DNA of 21,000 bases, from contig JAKLZA010000168.1 in NCBI GenBank assembly GCA_030704615.1, positions 1 to 21,000 on the forward strand. Direction: 5' to 3'. The stretch is from Takakia lepidozioides. Taxonomy: Eukaryota > Plantae > Bryophyta. The position numbers and the translations under genes are program-made. Under the pieces are notes generated by a model. That model worked only from the letters and a program-made list of their open reading frames with translations, was not told where the DNA came from and made no database searches. Numbering within the stretch: the stretch's first letter is position 1; every line of letters begins with the position of its first letter. This document shows, piece by piece, positions 10,101 to 20,053 of the stretch.

Positions 10101-10717
10101 TTGCTGTAGTCCAGCCCGGCCAGCTCCGACCGGTGTCCCTCCAGGTGAAGCCCTCGCAGAATTTCTAGAATAGATCGAACTGCGGTGCTCGTGCTGGGAA
10201 TATGACTCCCTCCTCCACTGACGTCCATTGAGGACTTGCCTGATCTCCAGGACGACCTCGGAACTTCCATGACCTCGTCTGAGTCGGACAGGTTGTGAAC
10301 AACCCGGTTCTCGGTCGTCTTCATGGATGGGTTCGGCTCTGGATTTACTTCGTTGCGGACTTCTCTCTTTGAGGTACCCACTCTCTGATTCGCGGATTGT
10401 TTCGTGGAAGGCGCCAGGATAGACGGTGCATTTGGCGGGCAAATGAAGTCCCCAACAGCCCTGTATATGACGCTGTCCGATGGTGGAACTCGCCATTCCC
10501 TGCCATCGCCGAAATCATCGTGGAGCACAACAATACTCTCGACAACAAGGCCGTTTGAGTCCTTCCTTTCCTCCTCCAAAAAAACCGACCCCGGTTTCAG
10601 GTGGTATCGAACGCACAGATATTTCTCCATCACCCGGCAGGTGTCCCCTCTGCACGGAAATGAAGCTCTATGCTCGTGAGGAGGGCAGTACACTGTAGCG
10701 CTCGGGTTTTCCGCCAT
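7145..10717 (-). pseudogene. MULE-family transposase (GCM/WRKY-like Zn finger - DDE - SWIM); frameshifted as written, third catalytic residue apparently E>K
   Basis: Fragments in order: MAENPS (ATG 10717); HDGHPW..CAGALRC..C..CAHC..C..C..ACIHVGSHCH (GCM-like, 9576-10004); WVMFDHIKR...FMADNAQA...ERSCGFH (D, D, CxxH; 8636-9466); intron 8559-8635; PTTNMAKSVH (expected TNxAES); CNCTDF..YPCKHLYY (SWIM, 7145-7456). Several frameshifts join the pieces. Confidence 0.85.
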
Positions 10718-10959
10718 GGGAGATGTGCACACAAGACTGCCAGGATGGCGTGCGGGGAAGCTCCCTGGTAGAAGGGGGTGCAGCGATGGGAATGAATGCG
10801 ATGCCGATTTGTCCGAGCGACGAAGCCTGATCCAAATCCAGGGAGCCAACTATCTCAAAAATCCACAGTCAGAGTGTTAATGAACCTTGTCTCCGGAATG
10901 CGGCCCCTCGTCTTTGCGCAATAACTGCCAACGGTATGCAGTCAGAAAGTGGGGGGCCG

Positions 10960-12940
10960 TCCGGATGATGACGGCTGAAGGGGATAAGCCGGCACCGTGC
11001 CGTCACATTACTACCCCCGAATGGAAATTCGGCACCCAACATCCAACAGAGGAAGCCCGGATGAAGTCGCCTCGGGCAGAGGCCGGAGTGTGTGCGACAG
11101 AGAACATCTTCTGGATGGAGATTCGGCGCCGAATTTCCATCCGGTCCCCCAAAGGGAGTCGTGTCGGGGGTCAGGCCGAAAACTGGACGGCATAAAAACA
11201 TCCCCAGATGGAAAAACGGCGCCGAATTTCCATCCGGGGCGATTCGGATGCAGTCGGGGAGGGGGGAGTGGCCTGCAGTTGGCTGTCACATTTCAACCCC
11301 CGGACGGAAATTCGGCAACGAATATCGAACAGGGGACGCCCGGATGAAGTCGCCTGGGGCACAGAGGCCGGCAGTGTGCGACAGAGAACATCCCCTGGAC
11401 GGCCATTCGGCGCCGAATTTCCATCCGGGCCCCCCAAAGGAAGTGTTGTCGGGTGTCAGAGCGAAAACTGGCCGACATAAAAACCTCCACAGATGAAAAC
11501 GGCGCCGAATTTCAATTCGGGGCCGTTCCAATGAAGTCGGGGAGGGGGGAGAGGTCGGAACCTGGCAGTCATATTTCAACCCCCGGGACGGAAATTCGGC
11601 ACCGAATATCCAACAGAGCGGCGGAGAGGCGGCACCTCTCCGACAGAGACCATCCCCGGATGGAGATTCGGCGCCGAATTTCCATCCAGCAGGTAAGTGG
11701 AATCTCGGATGGATGGAGATTCGGCGCCGAATTTCCATCCAGCAGGTAAATCATATGGATATTCGGCGCCGAATTTCCATCCTGCAGGTAATTCGAATCG
11801 TGGATGAATGGAAATTCGGCGCCGAATTTCCATCCAGCAGGTAAGTCGGATCGGTGCCATATGGATATTCGGCGCCGAATTTCCATCCTGCAGGTAATTC
11901 GAATCATGAATTCGGCGCCGAATTTCCATCCAGCAGGTAAGTCGGAATATGGATATTCGCGCCGAATTTCCATCCTGCAGGTAATTCGAATCATGAATGG
12001 AAATTCGGCGCCGAATTTCCATCCAGCAGGTAAGTCGGAATGGAGCAGGCGAAACGGCGCCGAGCCAAGCAGCAGCGAATCCGGCGCCGAATTTCCATCC
12101 AGCAGGTAAGTCGGAATGGATATTCGGCGCCGAATCCTGCAGGTAATTCGAATCAAATGGAAATTCGGCGCCGAATTTCCATCCAGCAGGTAAGTCGGAA
12201 TGGATATTCGGCGCCGATTTCGCCATTTATTTCTGAGCCAGGTAATTCCCATATAAGAATTACCTTCGTGCAGGTAATTCGCATACAAGAATTACAGGTA
12301 ATTTCAGATGACAATTACCTTCCTGCAGGTAATTCCAATCGATGTTTATTCCTCGTCCAGAATTACCTGCACAAAGGTAATTCTCATCTGGAAATTACCT
12401 GCATGAAGGTAATTCGAATTACCTGCACGAAGGTAATTCGGGAATTACCTGCACGGAGGTAATTCCTCGCTCAGAAATAAATGGCGAATCGAAATTCGGC
12501 GCCGAATATCCATATGGCACCGATCCGACTTACCTGCAGGATGGAAATTCGGCGCCGAATTACCTGCTTGAAGGAAATTTGGCGAACCGCGCGCGGATGG
12601 AAATTCGGCGCCGGATTTCCATCCGCATCCGAATTACCTGCTTGAAGGAAATTTGGCGCAAACGGAATTTTACATGGAAATTCGGCGCCGGATTTCCATC
12701 CGCAATTACCTGCTCAAAAGGCCCTTCCGCTGTCCGGCATGGAAATTCGGCGCCGCCCTCCACCAAGCGCTAAAATTTTTCCTTCTTAATTTTTGGAAAT
12801 TCGGCGCCGGATTGTCCGGCGCTAATGGAAATTCGGCGCCGGATTTCCATCCGCGCGCATCCGAATTACCTGCTTGAAGGAAATTTGTACCTGCGCGGAT
12901 GGAAATTCGGCGCCGGATTTCCATCCGCGCGAATTACCTT
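10960..12940. repeat. Complex array of GGAAATTCGGCGCCGAATTTCC palindromes between the divergent transposase and gene B
   Basis: More than 20 copies of the 22-26-bp palindrome: ~95-bp spacing in a ~283-bp trimer (11020-11690), ~50-60-bp spacing with GCAGGTAA linkers (11660-12220), an AGGTAATT/AATTACCT-rich centre (12240-12465), then opposite-orientation TTACCTGC linkers (12480-12940). Confidence 0.96.
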
Positions 12941-13240
12941 TAATTTAATTTAAAAAAACATTCAATTTTATTATCCGGCCTAACTTTTCGTGCCCCAATT
13001 GCCTAATGGAAATTATTTCCATAATTACCTGCGCCGGGACTGTTTTCGTCTATTTTCTTCCGACCTTCATCCGACATTTAATTGCGCAGTTGGGCAATAA
13101 ATGTCGACGGCCGTCGCTTATTATTCGGGCTGGCGACGCATGGCTTCCTGGACACGTACCCTAAATCTCATGCTATACTTGGCTTAACATGGTATTCCAG
13201 GCATGTACCCCAAAAAAGGAGATCTTTTTGGCTGGGACTT

Positions 13241-16200
13241 ATGCCGCCTGAAGGGCGTGGCTCTCCTGAGAGAGACCTCAGATCCAGACCGCGGCGGAAG
13301 TTGAAAGCTCTGTACTACGGACGACGGCCAATCTCTCGCATGGCCAAACTGAAGCTCCAGCAGGAGATTCCAGTGTCTTGCTCACAACCTGCGCCAACTG
13401 AAGCCGAGTACTCTCAGGCAAGCCACTTCTGCTTGTTTGTTCGATTTCTTTTTTGCTTTCGCTTCGTTACCTCGCTTTGTTTCTGCATCTTCATCCTGGC
13501 TTTGCTTTATGAGTGAACTTTAGATAGTTGACTGAACCTTAGATTGTTTGCAATGCGTGTGCAAATCCGGCAGCTCTGGAGAAGGCTGCTTGTGCATGTC
13601 ATTCTTAGGCAATGGTTGCATTTGTTTTCATTGTTGTTGCATGGCTCTCCATACTTCCTAAACTTGTTATGTTTTCATTTTTGCTACATGATTGCTGCTA
13701 TGGTGGTTGCGCTGCTGCTTTTTGCACCACTGTTGGTGTTCACATTTTTTGTCAATCACAGAGTGACGACGAGCCCGGCACGCTGGTGGTATCATCGACA
13801 GCTCCAACTCATCGCATGTTTGAATCGCCCAACTTGGGGCGAGAGGGCAAACTTAAATCTTTGTTGGTGGACGGGAGGACTTGCAACGAGATTACGATAG
13901 AGTAGGCATTGGGGAGGTTGGTGCAGGCGGCATGGCAGGTGAAGGGCGTGAGGACATGAGGACAGCAGATCCGGCAATGGAGGTTGTTCATGCACATGCA
14001 GTAGGGCCCGCCCACGCAAAGAAAAAGAAGAAAGCTAAGCACATGCAATCCCCGGCGAGAGAGCAGTCACGGGCTGCGGAGGGGGAGTGAGCAGTGCGCG
14101 CGAGGGTGTCAGTTCGCCTCAATCAAAGGTGGTCGTCCTGGAGGGCTCCCCTGTTGCTAGCCCTAGTAAGAAACAGAAAGCCCGTGAGAGGGCAAAAGAG
14201 AGGGCAAAAGAACAGACGAGACAGAATGCTAGCAAGGAGGAAAGACAAAAGGCAGCTGAAGAGGCCAGGGGTGCCCAAATGACAGATGCCAATGTAAGCG
14301 AGGGACACACAGAGACGGTGGATCCCTACAAGACACCACAGAGAGGCAGTAGCACACCGGTTAGACCATCGCGGGCAAGTGCAGCCCCCGCAATTACCCA
14401 TACGGTGGAGAGTGGAGGAGAGGAAAGAACACCTGAAAGAGCACCGATTGTGCAAGTTCGAGGTGAAGCCAGGGAGAGGGCAGTAGAGACGACGAGAGTG
14501 CTGGAGGTGGTTTCGCAGGTGGCTGACCCTGTTGAGGAGGACGACATGGATGTTTCTGACCAGGATGACATTCTCCCGGACATCCCCAGGCCCCAAACCC
14601 GGAGCATACAGGCTGGATTTGGCGGTCTTGGTGGGCTGCCGGAAAACCCCTCTGCAGCAGACGTCATGTCTGAGGCGGATATGAAGTTGGCCGCTGCCAA
14701 GATGTTGGAGGCAACCCACAGCAACATTGGCAGGGTGCTGGGGGGCATGGTGTACCCGGCCAAGCTTCGAATTCCCCTTTGCCGCTTGGTGTCATTGCAG
14801 GTGGTGAGACCTGCCCTCCCAGGCGATATCGACAAGCTGAAATTCTCTTTCCGGGATGGATATCGAATGGGGTCTGCCGCTTTTACGTTTCCATTGAGAA
14901 CGACCACGGAGCTTCCCGTGCCCACACTTCCGATGAGGTGGACAAATGGGGTCCCCATTGGCAAACGCGAAATGAGGAGTTCGAGAGATCGATTGCTAGT
15001 GATCCTCTTTTCCAGCACATGTCCGGTAAGATGTTCTACGTGTGGGACGGCAATCATCGCCTCCTGGCATGGATGGAGCACATTGCCCAAGCCCACCCCA
15101 ACGATCTCGATTGGCATTTCGCCGTCGATTGTGTTGTGCTGAAGGTTGCGGGAAAGATCGCAGTCTTCTCAAAGCTGCAATGGCCGACATCAACTCGTAA
15201 GCTACAACCCCTCTCGCTTTTGGACTTTGAATTTGGAAGTCATTTCATTGCGAATCCTCATATATGATGAAAATTCCCATTTCAGTATTGTTTGATGGAA
15301 ATGTGGCACTGCAGGGTGACTGAGAATGCCTTCATTGCCACCAACTTGTCCCATATGCTCTTCCGAGTGAAGGATGTCGGGAGGCAGGGGGTGCAAGAGT
15401 TTGCCAATTCCCTCAGTGCCGACCTCCTGCGCAAGTCGGAGGCAAAGGCAGACAGAACCTGGTATAGGCTGAGCGTCGACGCCATGGTGGACTACATATT
15501 TCGGGTAAAGCTCCTGCAGTTTTGTTGAGCTAATTTGTCTCTCCTCCCCAAATAGAAGAAATTGTGTTGAGCAGGATCTCTAATCTTATGTGCGCTTTTC
15601 GACAGACGAAAATACAGCAGGATTTGGCACATGCGCGGAGGTTCTACATGGAGTCAGAGGAGAAGAATCCAACCCTCCCGGAACTCGAATCGTATGTCAA
15701 AGCTGCGGAGGTGAGGGCCCGCATAAAGTACAAGTCGCGGATGGTAAAGTACGTGGCCATAGCTGATCCCGCCCTTGGTGCCGACTTTCTGGTGGAGGTG
15801 GGAAAGCACTACTCTCGCGCTCTGAAGCCCACGATGACATTGGAGAAGCTCCATCGTCTAGCCACATCCTGTGTGGATGCAACAGAAAAGGTGATACATT
15901 CTTAACCAAATTGTGGTGGCAACAACTCCTTTTTGTGGTGTTTGGCGCTTACGAATATGCTGGGTGGTTGGACAGACCCGGTGGCTCCAAATCTGGAATG
16001 GTTCCCAAAGTACCAGGGACATGTGGAGCTTCCCCAAACCGGACAAACTCTCTGACCCCACATTCGACATGTGGATGAACCGCATGACATGGTGGTTTCA
16101 GGTACTTCCCCACGCTTCGTTTGGGGCTTGTACTCTAGTAGGGGGTGATTCATTGTATTTTTTGAGGAAAGCGATCTGATGGACAATCTCCACAGGTGAC

Positions 16201-19200
16201 GACGAATGCGCAAGAGCAGCTGGACACACAAGCACATCAGTTCAAGATGGAGATATCTCCTGCAGCAGAGAGCCTACGTGACTATGTGACGAGGTACTTT
16301 CTGCTCTACAAAACCAACCTATTCTTTCGGGAGATAGCAGATGCTCGCCGGAGCCACGAGTTCACCGACCAGCCGAACGCGGACAAAGCAGCAATGCGCC
16401 TTCTGTACAGGTACATACGCGCTGCCTTTCTTTCAAGTCCTGGCATTTCAGGATGTTAGAGGCCTAAGTGGTGTTAGGGAAAATGGCGCCGAATTTCCAG
16501 TCAGGGCTCCGAAAATGGCAAAGTCCCTAGACTGGCTGGCCCGGAACTGGAAATTCGGCGCCATTTTCCAGTTCCAGGCCCTATTGCCGTTCAGGGACTT
16601 AGCCATTTTCGGCTAAGTCCCTAGTGTGGCTGGCCCGGAACTGGAAATTCGGCGCCGTTTTCCAGTTCTAGGCCCTATTGCCGTCCAGGGACTTAGCCAT
16701 TTTCGGCTAAGTCCTAGACTGGCTGGCCATGAAGTGGAAATTCGGCGCCATTTCCAGTTCCAGGCCCTATTGCCGTCCAGGGACTTAGCCATTTCGGTCT
16801 AAGTCCTGGCTGGCCCGGAACTGGAAATTCGGCGCCGTTTCCAGTTCTAGGCCCTATTGCCGTCCAGGGACTTAGCCATTTTCGGGCTAAGTCCCTAGAC
16901 TGGCTGGCCCTGAAGTGGAAATTCGGCGCCATATTCCAGTTCCAGGCCCTATTGCCGTCCAGGGACTTAGCCATTTTAGGTCTAAGTCCCTAGGGTGGCT
17001 GGCCCGGAACTGGAAATTCGGCGCCGTATTCCAGTTAGGCCCTATTGCCGTCCAGGGACTTAGCCATTTTCGGGCCAAGTCCCTAGACTGGCTGGCCCTG
17101 AAGTGGAAATTCGGCGCCCAGTTCCAGGCCCTATTGCCGTCCAGGGACTTAGCCATTTTCGGCTAAGTCCCTAGGGTGGCTGGCCCGGAACTGGAAATTC
17201 GGCGCCGTTTCCAGTTCTAGGCCCTATTGCCGTCACTTAGCCATTTTTTGTGTAAGTCCCTAGGGTGGCTGGCCCGGAAGTGGAAATTCGGCGCCGTTTT
17301 CCAGTTCCAGGCCGTATTGCCGTCCAGGGACTTAGCCATTTTCGGGCTAAGTCCCTACACTGGGTGGCCCTGAAGTGGAAATTCGGCGCCATATTCCAGT
17401 TGTAGGCCCTATTGCCGTTCAGGGAGTTAGCCATTTTCGGACCTCATTGGGTTTTTCATGAATGCAGGTACTGTAAGTTCTCGCTTTTGGAGAAAGGTCA
17501 TCTGTCTTTCGAGCCACCATTCTTCCTGGCATGGAGGAACCCTGGGGCTGACTCCATGTACACTGACGATATTGTGAAGGAGTGGCATCTGGAACATTTG
17601 CGTGATTGCCCTTGGTATGTGGACCTTCCGCCCGGCTCGCTCGACCCATCCGAGTTTCAATTGAAGCTGGATGCTGAATTCCGACGAAACCGGGCTCCGC
17701 TGCCTCCGTTGGGTGCAAAAGAGGCAAAAGCGCTTGCGAACTCCAGGAAAGCGGCAGAGCTTGCTCAGGCAGGAATTCAGGAGAAATTGCATGAGAAGAG
17801 TAAAGGTCAAAGGAAAAGGACAAGGAAACAGGTGACTGCAGTAACACCCAAAAAGAAGAAAACCATCGGGGCATCGGAGGAGGCGCAGGAGGGGACCCAA
17901 GAGAGTGACTCCGACGCCGATTTTGTTCAAGGTCCTGCGACTGCTGTTGCTCCTACCCAGTCACCGGTCGTCCGGGTTCCCAAGTCAGTTCGGAGTGGGA
18001 CTGGCTCTGCCAAGAAGTTGGCATTTGAGGGCGAGCCTACACGGCGGTATTCGGCGGTGACGTTTACGCACAGGCCAAAGCTAGAACCTCCAACCATCAT
18101 CCAATGCGTCAATGAGAGCTTCCTTGACGCTCTCGCTGCCAGGGCGAAGAAGGTGGCACACAACAAGTCTCTGGCGGAGCAGAAGGGAAAGCCAAGAAGA
18201 GGGCTGCCGGTACAGAGCCTAAAGACACCCCTGGTTTTGAAGCCATGATGGAATTCTTCACGGCTGTGAGCACGAATTGCAAGAGCACTCGGGGGGGGTT
18301 GAGGTGGAGAGAGCTTGCGACATGATTCTCCTCGACATTCCAGATGGGGAGCTGCTGGAGGGCCTGGATGGTGTGCCCACCTGGAACAGGTTTACTGAGG
18401 ACTACTGGAAAGCCGGGTTTGGGCTGGCGGGGATGCTTCTGGATGACGGTGGATGTGTGGTTGTCCTTGCCACGAGAGGGAAGACCACAGAGAATGCGGT
18501 GGCAAGGTGGACACCGAAAAGTGTCACCCCGGTCCTCCTCAGAAAATGGTTCTGCATCAGTACGCAGGGGTTGCGAACAGAGGGCCAAAGTGTAAGTTAT
18601 CAATCTATTGCATTCACTTCATATTGTGGTGTATGTTAAGTAGACCCTGGAATTGATCCCTTCTTTGTTGGATGTGCAGACATTGGTGTTTGAGGCATAT
18701 TGCTTTGTGAAGAGAGGGTCTACGTTCAAATTCCGCAACGACGGTCGTCTTGTTGATGCCGCTGTGGACCCTGTAACCTACGATGTCCTCTACAACTATG
18801 TGCCCCACTCTAGTATGCCGAAGGACACAAAGACAGGCAAACCGTGGCGGTACAGCCGGACCCGAAGCCCTGCTTTCATCCAAACCCTCATGGAGACGTG
18901 CTCGGATGTCCAAGGGCGGATTCTGGACCTCACATGCGGCACGGGTAAGCCTTCACGTGCTCAGTTTGTCCCCTGGCCCCATTGCAATTGCATGCCGCAA
19001 GCTATTAACCGCCCGCTTTGTTCCTCAGGTGCTTCAATGTGGGCAGGGACGTTGTCCGACAGGCATGTGTTCGCCTTCGAGCCAGATACTGCCCTCCACA
19101 ACTCGGAACTTGCAGCGGCTGAACGTCTGCCGAAAGAGGAAGAGGCATCCTCGGAGGATGAGGAAAAATCCGAGAAGGAGCAGGGGGAGGAAGTTGGGAT

Positions 19201-19816
19201 CGAGGCCGAGGAGCCCCCGGTTTACGAGTGAGTGGTGGCATTGTAAGTTGCCTCCAGATTTTGTGAGGCACCTCCCTCCGCTCTCTTATTTCATTGAAAA
19301 CCCTTTCTGGTTGTGCTGGTATTGACATTCTTCAAGTGGATTTGTTCTTACTGTAGGATGCCAAGTACTGCCGGAGGGACGTCTACACCGGAGTTCATGG
19401 GCAGGAGGAACGTGCCTTTTTTTGCCAGGGGAGATTTCATGCCTAGTCCAGAAAGGGAGTACATCCTGCCTACTTATGCTGCCCGGCTTGCTTCGGTGTC
19501 CATTAGGAGGTGTTCCGAACGTAGTCGTGTACAGCAGATTTTAGACGAGGCAAGCCTCAAGAAAATGAAGATGAGGGAGGAGGCAGCAGCTATTAGAGCC
19601 CGTCGGGCTCGTAGATTTGTGTTGGATTCTGCTGAGGAAAGTGGGGGAGAAGACGCAGAAGATTCCCAGGAGGTGAGGTGGACAGTCCCCCAAGGAGAGG
19701 ACGGGATTTTTGAGAGGCATAGTGGAACTGATGCATCACAGAGCTCGGAGGATGAGGGGGATGAGGGGGATGAGGAAGAAGGTGGGGCAAGTTCCTCGGA
19801 GGGTGTAGGAGAGTAG
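13241..19816 (+). CDS. Gene B: paralogue of gene A (ParB/Srx-like + N4C/N6A methyltransferase-like fusion), with several -1 homopolymer frameshifts as written
   Basis: Predicted exons 13241-13417 (GC donor, uncertain), 13762-15196, 15315-15504, 15606-15890, 15976-16101, 16196-16410, 17468-18591, 18680-18944, 19029-19227, 19357-19816. Blocks matching gene A: LRIPLCRL..VVRP, SGKMFYVWDGNHRLLAWM, IADPALGADFL, EKLHRL, WLQIWN, FFRE, WYVDLPP, ILLDIPDG, PWRYSRTRSPAFIQTLMETC, RILDLTCGTGAS, RHVFAFEPD. The 5' end is uncertain. Confidence 0.8.
16475..17440. repeat. ~90-bp tandem repeat (about 11 GGCGCC cores) inside an intron of gene B
   Basis: Each unit has ACTGGAAATTCGGCGCC(A/G)TTTTCCAGTT and a second hairpin AGGGACTTAGCC-ATTTTC-GGCTAAGTCCCT; lies within predicted intron 16411-17467. 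Confidence 0.95.
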
Positions 19817-19977
19817 TGCCCATTCCGGCTATGACAGTTAGAACACACTTGTATAGACGTGGCTTGCCACAAAATTTGCAATAAAATGTTGCATTTTAAG
19901 TCCACTGGTGCCACATTCCAACTTCACATGACCCTATTTCCGTGCCTCCTAACCCTATTTCCGTGGACTCACAATGG

Positions 19978-20053
19978 TCTGCTCATGCTTTTTTTTTTTC
20001 CGCTCATGCTCATGCCGCTCATGCTCATGCCGCTCATGAAATAGCAGCCCCCC
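19978..20053 (-). repeat. Right terminal inverted repeat of element 2
   Basis: TCTGCTCATG...GCTCATGCTCATGCCGCTCATGCTCATGCCGCTCATGAAATAGCAGCCCCCC, followed immediately by Gypsy RT codons. Confidence 0.82.

Larger units (their letters stand above)
6433..20053. mobile_element. Element 2: ~13.6-kb Mutator-like (MULE) DNA transposon with ParB-methyltransferase cargo gene
   Basis: Inverted termini beginning with G; MULE-type transposase inside; the same GAAATTCGGCGCC motif in three clusters between the termini; the right end abruptly truncates a Gypsy RT reading frame. No target-site duplication seen. Confidence 0.82.

Noticed and set aside
7145-10717. KDZ/Zisupton, hAT or CACTA assignment for the transposase
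   Set aside because: The D..D..CxxH..TNxx(E)S spacing with SWIM and G-starting termini fits MULE better; no CACTA or hAT-type ends. Not confirmed by search.
10869-12924. ORFs with WKFGAEF / MEIRRRIS repeats
   Set aside because: Translations of the DNA palindrome, seen in several frames on both strands.
16341-17434. ORFs within the ~90-bp array
   Set aside because: Lie in a predicted intron whose flanking exons join to match gene A; unit indels break the frames.
19942-20052. AHAHAAH N-terminal extension of the RT ORF
   Set aside because: It is the GCTCAT terminal repeat read in frame by chance.
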